NCBI GenBank assembly: GCA_013239625.1
Contig: MU053472.1
Coordinates: 682,001-746,000, forward strand
Source: Lama guanicoe
Lineage: Eukaryota
Length of the DNA: 64,000 bases
Reading direction: 5' to 3'
Shown here: positions 52,494 through 63,520 of the stretch, in pieces
Layout of the letters: each line of letters opens with the position of its first letter
Numbering within the stretch: position 1 is the first letter of the stretch
Position numbers and translations under genes: made by a program
Notes under the pieces: model-generated
The model's database searches: none
What the model saw: only the letters and a program-made list of their open reading frames with translations
What the model was told of the DNA's origin: nothing

Positions 52494-52978
52494 CTGCAAC
52501 AACATTAACCAGTATCAGATAATGCAGAAAGTCTCTGCTGAAGGCAGTTACGTTGGTTTCTCTATCTTTCTGTGTCAGCAGAGAAACAAACAATCCTCCT
52601 TTCAGAGGGGACATTCTGTTTAAGACTGAGCCTGTGAATGACTGTAACTGTCGTCAGAAAAAGTAAAAAAATTAGTCTTTAGCAGGTCATACGACTTTCC
52701 AATATCCAGAGATTAACTTCTGTTCCTTTAATAGTAATTGTTTAAAAATCCATCTCTTTAAAGTATTTTGTATTTCCAACACTTGAACACTTACAAGGCC
52801 ACGATTTCTAGAATAAAATACCCTTTCTCATAAAGTTAAAATCCCACGTCTGAATGGTACAAACCCCAACGGTAGGAGTACAGTAAATCTTTCTACAGAA
52901 ATGACTGATTCCTATTACATCGAGGAATCAGCCACATAAACGAGCTGAAGTTCCAACTTCCTACACCGCTTTAGGCTG

Positions 52979-53007
52979 CACACACACGCACGCAAACACA
53001 CACACAC
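52979..53007. repeat. Imperfect (CA)n, i.e. (UG)n in AATF pre-mRNA, next to the exon 6 donor
   Basis: cacacacacgcacgcaaacacacacacac. Confidence 0.85.
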
Positions 53008-53011
53008 TTGC

Positions 53012-53216
53012 CTTCCCCAGTTTTCCAGAAGCCAGCTTCGTCTTATCGTGCCACTTCTGGAGCGTGCGGTTCCTGTAGACGGTGAAGTCGGCAAAGCGCT
53101 TCGCCATGAAGCTGGGGTAGTCCTCGGTCTCCAGCTTCCTCTTCCCTGGGGCCCTCCTTTGCTGCTGCTTCTTCTCTTCCACAAGCTCCTCGTCCTCACT
53201 GGGAATCTCCTCCTCA
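53012..53216 (-). CDS. AATF: AATF coding exon (exon 6 equivalent), 205 nt; ends at a GC donor
   Basis: ttttccag|TGAGGAG...GGGAAG|gcaagt. Translates (S)[68 protein letters not shown]; overlaps track ORF 52961..53182. Confidence 0.96.
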
Positions 53217-54400
53217 CTGGAAAACCAGTAAGAATACCACGGTCAGTAGACGCTACCGAGACAAGGACCCGGGCTCACGTGCAGCCCCGCGTCCGCAGGC
53301 CTTCCCTGTGCTGCCTACATCCTAGCGCCACAGATGTGAGGACCGTTTTCCTTCTTGTTGTTGGAAAAGAATGTACACGAGGTCAAAGAAAAACTCGTGT
53401 TAACTTTTCAAACGTAAAAATAACCGGTTTCAAAATATTTTTTAAAAGGCAAGCAAACTGTAAAGATAAATGAGCTGGTTAAAAACTTTATTAGAAATGC
53501 ATATGAACCGGGCCAATATTGTTACAGGAGGGTCTTTAAAAATTAAACACATCATCATAGTTTTATGACCTTAATCCCCAGATCAATAAGGGAAATACAT
53601 CTCCCTGTGACCAACTGTTCGGGAAAGCTGAATGATATTAGTCGAACCCAACAAAAAGAAGCAGAAGGTGAAGAAAGCGCAAAGGGGCAGGTGACAGCAC
53701 CCGAGCCAGACTGCAGTACCCTCACCCCTGTGACAAAGCACCGCCGCCGGCAGCTGCCAGAGCCAGCCGCGCTCTCCGGACTACTGACCCCAAGGCGCAG
53801 GCTGTGCTGACTACCCATGAGCTCCTTTTTTTCGGTCCTTCCAACTAATCCAGTAGGAAGAAATGGAGCAGAGAAGCCCAAAGGAAAACAGCAGGCAGGT
53901 ACTACACGCAGCAGACTCAAACAAAGGGGAGAGGCGGGGGAGAACCTTCATCAAATGTGATAAATTCAGGAAGGAAAAAGATTTATTCTGCTGCTTTTGG
54001 AAATTTTTCCTCTCCTCAAAATAACTGCTTCTTCCCTCGCTGCAAAGTCAGCTGTGACTAGCAAGTCCATGCATGGGCACAAAGTGCTTCCTAAACATTA
54101 ATTAAGCGTTAATCTTAAAAATGCGCTTTCATCTATAATTTCACTAGATCTAAAAAGAAGGCAAGTTTTCTGCAGAAGCTCCCCAAAAGAATTAGGCACA
54201 ACTATGCATAAAAATCCAAAACCTAATTCCCAATTTATGTGCCATCCTGGCCACCAGGTAAATGCAAGAGGCTCTTTCTATTTCACTAACATTAAGTCTG
54301 AGATCTGTCCGGAAAGGACTTGGCTTTCTTTTTCATAAATCATGGGTAACTATTCAAATGAAAAGAAAAGAAGCAATTATATAGTTCCATTCCCTCTTAC

Positions 54401-54515
54401 CTGTCTGCTCTGGGCTTTGTCCCCTCTACCAGGTATCTAGTGTCTGGGTACTGGAAAAGCAACTCTTCCTGAAGATCCACCAACGACCTCAACAGTGCTT
54501 TAACTGCCTTGTGAC
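54401..54515 (-). CDS. AATF: AATF coding exon (human exon 5 equivalent), 115 nt; leucine-zipper region
   Basis: Minus strand reads cccag|GTCACAAG...GCAGACAG|gtaaga and translates (S)[37 protein letters not shown](S), matching recalled mammalian AATF. Phase fits the next exon. Confidence 0.96.
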
Positions 54516-55112
54516 CTGGGAAATGAAGCACAGATGGAACAATTAATTACCTCCAGTTCTCCAAAGTAGGTGATGCTAGAACTTATGACTTCTGAGCAGT
54601 CCTGGCCGAGGGGGCAGGCACCGGGCACGCAGGGACCAAAGACTCTCTGAAAGACAGAATTCCTGAAAGGAAATGATAACAGTGCCTACATCTCATAGGG
54701 TTGTTGTGAGGACAAGTAAGGTAATATGTGTAAGGTACTTCGAAATTCTCTACGATAAATTGTGAGTTCGTAAATTTAGTAAGTTTGACAAACTTCTTCC
54801 CTGCCTATCATCATAACCAGTCATCTTTTTCCTTTGGTGTTAAGTCTCTCAGGGGTTTTTCTATAGGTTACCCACTGACCTCTTGGATCATCCCTTTATC
54901 AATCAATTCCTTAAGCAATTCCTTCTCTTTTCTTGAAGAGCACAACTTAGTTCTGGGGTTCCCTACCACCACCACCACCACCACCCTCCCCAAGGAGATC
55001 TCCTTGCCTCCGGTGTGAGCTGCCACCTCATTCATTCAATCTCTCAACACATGTCCTTATGGGAAGTTGCTGTTCACGATTGGAAATTCAAGTTAATGAC
55101 GTACGGTTTGCA

Positions 55113-55470
55113 GACATTCGTCCCTGAGTATCCACAGGGGATTGGTTATAGGATCCCCCCACCAGGCTACCAAAATTCACAGATGCACAAGTCCCTAATA
55201 TAAAAGGGCCCACTATTTGCATACAACCTACACATATACTCCTGTATACCTTAAAACATCTCTTGATTGCATCATATAACACAATGTAAATGCTATGTAA
55301 GTAATTGTAAGTACATTGTAAATACCTTGTAAATAGTTGCTAAAGTGCTGCAAATTCAAGTTTTGCGTTTTGGAACTTTCTGGCATTTTTTGTTTCCAAA
55401 TATTTTTTTATCCAAAGTTGGCTGAATCTGTGGATGCGGAACCCAAGGATGCAGAGGAGGGCGCACTGTA
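55113..55470. mobile_element. TcMar-Tigger MITE (MER2-like)
   Basis: 'cgtccctgagtatccacaggggattggtt...cagatgcacaagtccctaatataaaa...ttggctgaatctgtggatgcggaacccaaggat...actgta'. Confidence 0.85.
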
Positions 55471-56051
55471 CTGAACTGTGTATTAAAAATTTGCACATCG
55501 CGGATGTGTTCTCATCTGATTCTTCTCACAGCCAACAGGCTGCACTTGTAATAAAGCTGGTCAGGATTAAGTATAAAGTCTATAGCCAAGAACTTTCCGA
55601 ACAAAAACTGGCCCTCTGAGAACCAAACTCTTACCTTCCTTACCCGCATAATCCTACTAAAGGGGCTAGCTAGACGCTGATAATTACTAGTTACGTTTTG
55701 ACGGCACTCAGACGTCTCTCTTCAGAATCAAACCTTCACATCCAGCAACTGCCAAGAAAATCTTCACAGGGACACTCCACCGCTCCTTCAAACATACCAT
55801 GTCGGAAACAAACCTTTTTTCTTCCTACCTAATACTTCTTTGTCTGATTCTCTTGTCTCTGATGTGCTTTAGTAGGCGATTACTGACATTCTGGGGCCCT
55901 TATTCTATGTATTCAATCAGTTGCTAAATCCTGTGTTTTCCATACTTATTGTCACCGACAGCTGTCCACTTATCTCTGGCCATGCTTCAAGCACCCCTTC
56001 CTTCTTTCCCTCAAGAATCTATAATCCTCACAAGCACCCCTACTTTCATTT

Positions 56052-56180
56052 TTCTTTTTTTTTTTTGAGGGGGGAGGTAATTAGGTTTATTTATTTACTT
56101 AATGGAGGTACTAGGGATTGAACCCACGACCTCACGCATGCTAAGCATGCACTGTACCAATTGAGCTATACCATCCACCC
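56052..56180 (-). mobile_element. Camelid tRNA-derived SINE (Vic-1-like)
   Basis: Same structure ('ggaggtaattaggtttatttatttacttaatggaggtactagggattgaaccc'); flanking repeat 'tttcattttt' on both sides. Confidence 0.88.
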
Positions 56181-56936
56181 TCTTTTCATTTTTATTTTAT
56201 GTTCTAGACTAACTTCAGCCCACACAAACTTCAGTTTAAGTGACTTTCATGAATCTCAATCTACCTTTTCCACTTCTATCTTGCCCAGCATGAGTAGCTT
56301 CCAATTTTACATCCCATCCTATTTCATCAATGGGACACCGACACATGACTTAGACAAGTTCTCCAAACATACCATATTATAGCATTCTGTATCGATGTGA
56401 TGTAAGGCTAAGAGCTGACCTGAGAAAGCCTCCTTAGATTGGTCAGAAGGAACTCAATGACCCAACTACTCTGTATTCTTCCAATAATCCCTATATAAAA
56501 CTATATAAATACAACTTCCTTCTTTAAAAGTAATATAAGATGCTTACTCACATCTTGTCTAAATTCCACATTCTAATCCTTTTATAATCAGTGCATATCC
56601 ACGCCACATGGGAGGACCTGAAATATTTCAATATGATCTGAAAAAAATCCAAAATGCCTTGTGTTCCAAAACATGATTCTCAAACTGTTGCTCTGAATCT
56701 TAATGAAAGCAAACAAAACTTTCCACCAAACATAAAGATTAAAAAGTTATTCTCATGAAGAAGAGAAAAGTTATACAGAATTATTCTTCTGTCAGTTTGG
56801 GAGAAATGGATTACGTATAAACAGGATGAAAAGTAGGTAAGAAGAAAAAAGAATAAAGATGTAAGAATTTTAAAGGCAAGAATTATTTTAAAGTATAAAT
56901 GTACTAAGTGTAGAAGTGGAACAATGCAACATTATG

Positions 56937-56955
56937 TATATATATATATATATAT
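56937..56955. repeat. (TA)n microsatellite
   Basis: Direct inspection. Confidence 0.9.
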
Positions 56956-57334
56956 GGGAAATTTTTAAAGGAATGAGGAGAGCAAAGACTATAAATCACA
57001 ACTACAAATATTAGGTTACCACAAATGATCATATGCGAAAAGAGCTGAGGATTACAGACATCCCATAATCGCTAAAGTTCTGAAAGTATGCTATAGCAAG
57101 AACTTTAAGAAAACAAAATAGACACTAATATTAGGAAGGTAGCCCATGAAAAGCAGAAATCTCATCCCATCCGAATTCTACATAAGCATGAACCATTGTT
57201 TTGCCCTCCTTTTCTAGAAATGGCTACATCTTAAGAGAGCCCCCCTTCTTCAAAGTGAAACCACAAATCAATTTTGCATTTGGAAAGCAGTCTTCAACAT
57301 TCCCAAGACTAAACTTTGAAAATACTAGCCTACA

Positions 57335-57640
57335 TAGAATAAGCCAGTTGCAAAAGGACAGATAACTGTGTGGTTACACGTCTATGGGGTACCTTAAAAA
57401 TAGTCAAATTCACAGAAACAGAAAACAGAAGAGTGGTTACCGAGGACTGGGGAGAGGTGAGAAGAGGGACTTACTGTTTAATGGAAACAGAGTTTTGGTT
57501 TCGGATGATGAAAAAATTTTAGAAATGGCCAGTGGTGACAGATGCATAGCAATGTGAATGTACTTGATACTGAAGTGTACACTTAAAACCAGTTAAAATG
57601 GTAAATGTTACGTCATACCTATTTTACCACAATTTTAAAA
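57335..57640 (+). mobile_element. L1MB-type 3' terminal fragment
   Basis: 'aagccagttgcaaaaggacagata...tagtcaaattcacagaaacagaaaacagaagagtggttacc...aatgtgaatgtacttgatac...cctattttaccacaattt'. Confidence 0.8.
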
Positions 57641-57718
57641 AACACTTTAAAAAGTCCTTAAGACCAAAATAATAATAATGCTACTACCTCAGTCTATCTC
57701 TATACAGAAAAAAATTGT

Positions 57719-57857
57719 TTTGTTTAGTTTTGTTTTGGAGGGGGAGGTAATTAAGTTTATTTATTTATACACTTATTTTAATGGATGTACTGGGGATTGA
57801 ATCCAGGACCTCGTGCATGCTAGGCATGTGCTCTACCACTGAGCTCTACCCTCTGCC
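57719..57857 (-). mobile_element. Camelid tRNA-derived SINE (Vic-1-like) with target-site duplication
   Basis: Same structure; TSD cagaaaaaaattgt (57705-57718) and cagaaaaaaactgt (57858-57871). Confidence 0.9.
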
Positions 57858-57904
57858 CAGAAAAAAACTGTCTACAATCTTTCAACCTTCAAAAAGAACA
57901 CTTA

Positions 57905-58290
57905 AAAAATGGAGTATTATTCGGCCTTAAAAAGGAAGGGAATTCTGACACATGCTACAGCAGGGATGAACCTTGAGGACATGATGCTGAGTGAAATACA
58001 CCAGTCACAAAAGGATAAATACTGTATCTTCCACTTATATGAGGCACCTAGAATAGTCAAATTTATAAAAACAGAAAGCAGAATGGTGGGTGCCAAGGGC
58101 TGGGGGAGAGGAAAATGGAGAGTTGTTGTTTAACGGGCATAGAGCTTTAGTTTGGCAAAGTGAAAAAGTTCTGGAGACTGGTTGTGCAACAACGTGAACA
58201 CACATAACACTACTGAACTGTAAATTAAGAAACAGTTAGGACGGTAAATTTTACGTTATGTGTCTTTTCACCACAATAAAAAATTTAAAA
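57905..58290 (+). mobile_element. L1MB-type 3' terminal fragment
   Basis: 'aatggagtattattcggccttaaaaaggaagggaattctgacacatgctacagcagggatgaaccttgaggacatgatgctgagtgaaata' through 'ccacaataaaaaa'. Confidence 0.9.
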
Positions 58291-58804
58291 GAACAGGAAA
58301 AGCAAGCGCCTGTCCCTTACTTCCTCTAGGTACCATGTGTCCATGATCTAAAATATGAAATCAAGTGCCATGCAGGGAAGAAGCTGCAAAGCAGTAGATA
58401 ATGTTTATAGCTGCTTGTCCCCAACACGCAAGTCATAATTTGACTCTCACACGTAACATAACCAAGAATTGTGAAAACATCCAACAAAAAGACTACTACT
58501 TTTAAGGGCCACTTTCAAGTAGCTATACAAGCCCTTTTATTTTGTTCAAGTCAGTTTAAAAAAATCCATTGCAGATATATTAGACAGCATATCAATCCAA
58601 CAAGAAAGCAGAGAGCCAATATCAGTAAATCAAAGTGTGCCTTTCTGTTAATACTCTCTCATATGTTCTCATTTTATACACCTCTTCACCCAGTCAGAAA
58701 GTAGCCCTGAAGTATTTAAGCTCCATTCGGGGATAGCACCACCATGCATCAAAGTGTCAAGAGACCACCAGAGATGAAATCTGCAATTCTGTGCTTCTAA
58801 CCAC

Positions 58805-58805
<1 letters not shown>

Positions 58806-58840
<35 letters not shown>
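58806..58840 (+). repeat. Pure A35 homopolymer
   Basis: Direct inspection. Confidence 0.95.
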
Positions 58841-58844
<4 letters not shown>

Positions 58845-60309
58845 ATCAAAGTAAAGTCATCAGTGGCCAACACACGGACAACCTCCTGTAAAGAGATTTA
58901 GAAGGCAGAATCCAATTCTCATTTCTTTGCAACATTAGGGCCACATTTCCTTCTAGCGAATTTCATGCGAAACCTGGAAAGACAAGGGGCAATCCTCTGC
59001 TGGACGCGGCAGGCCTCCACCTGACAAGAGCAAGGAAAGACTCTCCTGGAGGCTCAAATCCCAGAGGGAACTCTACCCAGCCAAAAAACAAACCAATCCA
59101 AAACAAAACCCCCTCTTTATCATTTATATAGGGATGAATTCTATTTGTTCGACCCTATGAATAATAAAGAGTATGGAATCAACAGTTTCTAATTTTCCTC
59201 CCAATTACTGTCGGAGTTACAAGTTTAGAGAAGCAGCAGAGATGCAGGTACTTTCTTCTCTCCCTCCTGGCACGTGGCCACAGAACAAATGGACACTGTC
59301 AAGGATATATATGTTTATTTTGCCCTACGTGGTCCATTTCCAGGGGCCTTTCTCTTAAGAGGAGATTAAGAAGGACACATGCCTCACCTTATTACCAAGA
59401 TTCAACCTAAGCATATGGGCAGCGGCTTTAGGACTAATTTCCCAAGCAGAGAGTAAATGGAAAGAGCACTTTACTAAGGGTCAGGAGCCCTGTATTCCAA
59501 CTGACAGCATCACTAACTAGTCATCTTACACTGAGTGGACCAGTTCAATCTCTTTGAGTCTCAGCTGTCTCATCTATAATCCTTGGCCTGTTTATCTTGC
59601 AGAATTAAAGTGAAAAAGAATACATGTTTTTATAAATTAAGGTATCTTGCAGATTTTTAAATGCTATAGAAGTAGGAAGTATACTACCATCCCCAAATCA
59701 TCATCTTTCACATGGTGAAAATCATAAACTCTGCTTGTTCTGATCTACAGCGCTAGGACTGAACCAGAATTCATAGATTCCTATAGTAAGTATTCATTTA
59801 CATGCTACCCATATGCAAGCATTCTGTATATAAAATGTCACCAATCTAAAAACCATTTTCACCTAACAGCTTTATTTTTTTCCCCTGATTCATCTAGGCT
59901 GCTCGACATAAACAAAACTGTAGGCAGAGAATAAGTTTGGACATGGGCACACAGTTCATTAATTAGATTATAAACCAATAAGTAAAACTCCTGGCAAGTG
60001 GGTGGAGGGGGAACGGGAAGAGCAAAAGTGTAAAGCAAAATAAAGCTCACCTTATCAGTTTTTAAATACCTATACCATCATCTTTAATGTGCAAACACAC
60101 AATTATGTATGTGCAAGTATATATAAACTCCTCCATTCCTATTACCCCAGATAAATACATTGAACTAGAACGTGCAGACTACAAGAGCATTCTTTTCTCC
60201 TTCCAAAGTAACTCTAGAACTGCAGCTAAACTATAGGTCAAAATGACACACGATATATTGGCCTGAGAACAATACTTTTCATTCAAATCCACACAAGCCT
60301 GCCACTTGC

Positions 60310-60830
60310 ACTAGTCATCCCCGGCAATTAATCCCCCAAGAAAGACGTTTGATTAAATCTTTTCAAGCAAATCCTTTGCTTTGCTTTTGTTAGTTCACTT
60401 CTTGTCAACATCTATTAAAATATGCCTTTAATTCTCCCACAATCTTAAAAAACACCGATTCCACTGTCTTCAACTTTAATCAACTGTATGGCCGGCATTT
60501 TTCATTTCATAATAATGTGCTGCTTGGAATTCAAGAGGCAGGCTCAGCATCAATCATCTGGTAAGAATTTTTCCACTGCAATAAATATGCAAATGAGGGG
60601 AGCCAGTCAGTCGTATTTCAGGCCCGACTTGCTAGTGTTTTAAAAAAGACACAAATTTATTAATTGCCGGTGGCCAGAGGAATCCTATTACTTTGGGCAT
60701 TGATTACAAAGCTGTGTGAGTGATTATTGTGCAACTCGCGGGCTACCCAGGCATGAGGAAAAATTATTAAAGCAAGGCAGAGATTATCAACTCAGAATAA
60801 CAATAAGCCTTAACATTTAGGCCCTAACTT
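60310..60830. promoter_or_regulatory. Candidate highly conserved non-coding element / developmental enhancer in AATF intron 4
   Basis: Repeat-free; octamer ATGCAAAT (60587-60594), PBX-type ATCAATCA (60549-60556), paired CAATTAAT homeodomain sites, SOX-like ATTGT/AACAAT. Conservation not computed. Confidence 0.6.
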
Positions 60831-62984
60831 CTTCAACAAAGAATTACGTGAAGGCTCCACTGTATCATAATTCCGAAATCTGTCAGTATTACTGTTTGGG
60901 CTTGTTCTATGTTCCCCAAGCAGAATGGAGTTACCAGTGAGGACGAGGACTGCAGGTTGCAAATTCCTTAACACCAACCATATGGACATATTGCTATCAT
61001 TTCCAATCTGTTTCCAACTAGAATTTTTATATATCCGTGTAGGTACGCACACATATAGGTGCGTGCATATATACAGCCCCCAATTCAGATAAACGGATGT
61101 GATATTAGGAGGATCGTGGTTTTAACTAGAGTCGCGTCTAGAGTTCTGTCCCACTGTGTTGGTTGGTTCCGTGAACCAAAAGTAGCGTTTTTTTTTTAAT
61201 GGCATGAAATAACCAGTAGGATAACTTTTCAAAGCAGAGCACGGGGACTTATATTCTAAAATCATGACGACTAAGCCAAAAGCAGACTTGGCTCTCCCAC
61301 CTCAGAGGGCACCACGGCGGAAGGCAAGCGGTCTGTGCAGCAGTCTATGGAGGAAACGGCTTGATGGGCTAATTCTGAATGCAAAGTGTTTTTGTGAGAA
61401 ACAGTCAACCCAAGACATATTAAATCAAAGAAGAAAGAGGACTCGGTGGACAAAACTTATTTTTCTCTCTTAAGAGAATGATGTGGGGAATTGGGGAGTA
61501 AGTGGAAGTTGAAATAAGGGAGAGATGAAGGGACGTCGGATAAAATATGTTGGGTGAGCCCCTCATGGAAAGAAACCAAAAGGAAAAATCCTCCCCATTT
61601 TACATTACTGCCGCCCTAAGTAACATGATAGATAGTGTGCATTTGAGTTCTGTGGAGGGATATCCCACTCAAGCTGTAATTTCTGACCAGGCATGAATTT
61701 ATAAGGAAGGGGAAAGAACTGCAGAATTTCTTAGGTTTCCCTGAATACTCTCTCAAATACCTTGATGAAGTATGTCAATAAATCCTTAAAAAGCCCTACA
61801 GGACACAGCAATCCAGCTGATCAATGTACTTCCTGAAATCCACTAGTTACCTTCCATTTCACAGTTCCCAGACAACCTCCACTGCTCCAGAGTACTTCCC
61901 TGAAAAGGGAAATTTATTTTCCCCCTTTAAACAGAAAGAGTAAATGCTCAGAGCATGACGTACTTAAAATCCAAGTTTATTTACACGTAATTGTTTAAAC
62001 TATCTAACAGGAGTTACCCAGGGAGAGTGGGGACACTTTCATTTTTATTTGATACATTTTTGAACTGTTTGAATATTTTATAAGCACATATTACACTTAT
62101 AATTTAAAACACCATTAAAATGTAAAGTAAACTGTGAAGTAAGGAAACTTATTAAAAATAAAATTAGACACACAATCCAAGTAACTCTCTCTGATTCATA
62201 TAAAATAGTCTGATCCTTTCACATTAAAAAGCCTTTAAGTAAACAGCCTCTCAGGGAGTGAAACTGTCCCAAACCAAGTGTCCAAGTTCTCCATACAGTA
62301 TGGGTCTAGAAATGGGGGTTCCCATGCAGAGTTAACTACCCCTCTCTCAGTATCATTACATCACTGCTACAATACAAACCCTACTGCATTCATCATGAGC
62401 TGCTGGAGATCTCGTTCTGTCACTCTAGCCCCTAACACATCACCTGAGTTATAAAGAGGATTCTATAAATATTTCAGTTCCAGAGAACTGATGCCCAAGT
62501 CACATGACAGAACATCTGATTACACTATCACTTCCAAATCTAAATGCTGACAAGCAAACAAAATGTGGACTCCCTATTTGCTAACATTAACAATTATGTA
62601 TCCTCAACAAACTGAGCTTTTGTTAACAGAAGCAAGGTAATCAAACTTAACTTCTTCCCTATTTTAGCACACTAACTGTAAGATGTATAGGCTAGTCCTA
62701 AGAGTCTCAAAATCATTTTATTAGATTTAAGAATTTACAAACATGAACATAACTAACAATTTTTGTTAGCCATGTTATAATGCATTCTCATGAAGACAGT
62801 AATATTGCCATTTAGATGGCTAAATTAAAGGTCAGAAAATAAAAGACTGTTTTATTTGCATTTCTTTTCATATCAGCGAAAGTAAGCATTGTCTACTCAC
62901 CAACCCCAAAATGAAACATGTTGCTCTCATGTAAAAACAGTTAAATGATGCTTCATGCTTTAAAAGTGGTTGACTTGCCTCCAT

Positions 62985-63088
62985 ACCTTACTGTGAGCTC
63001 CTTGAGGCAGGGACTGAACTGTTCACCCTGGTATACTTGGTACTGGCAAATGATAGATGCCATACTGTTGAATGAATAACTGAATAAA
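62985..63088 (+). mobile_element. LINE-2 3' end
   Basis: 'actgtgagctccttgaggcagggactg...tgttgaatgaataactgaat'. Confidence 0.7.
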
Positions 63089-63235
63089 AATGATGTCCTA
63101 ATTTTTTTCCTGGTATGTACTTTTTGTGTGTACATTTCAAGTCTTCAAAGAACTAACTATAAGTATTCATTTACGTAGCTCCTTTAAGAAGAGGGAAACA
63201 AATACTGTGGCTAAGAAAAAACTACTACAAAATAT

Positions 63236-63346
63236 GAAAATGAATATACGTATGTAAATGCAAGACTGGGACACTGTGCTGTATACCAGAGACTGACACA
63301 TTGTAACTGACTGCACTTCAATTAAAAAACAAACAAACAAACAAAT
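63236..63346 (+). mobile_element. Short young L1 3' tail fragment with (AAAC)n tail
   Basis: 'aatgaatatacgtatgta...ctgtgctgtataccagagactgacacattgtaactgactgcacttcaattaaaaaacaaacaaacaaac', related to the 3' end at 42440-42530. Confidence 0.7.
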
Positions 63347-63354
63347 ACTATCAC

Positions 63355-63520
63355 CTCCATTAATAGTTAATATTTATTAAGAACCTACTAAGTACCAGGC
63401 ACTAGCCTAAGCACTCTTTATACAGTAACTCATTTAAATCCTCACAACAATCCTTTGAGGTGTGCACTATTATCATATCGTCATTATACTGATAGAGAAG
63501 ATGAAACACTAGTACAAGCT
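63355..63520 (-). mobile_element. MIR SINE
   Basis: 'atatttattaagaacctactaagtaccaggcact...aactcatttaaatcctcacaacaatcctttgagg'. Confidence 0.8.

Noticed and set aside
53048..53473. 141-aa + strand ORF antisense to exon 6
   Set aside because: Shadow of the GC-rich coding exon.
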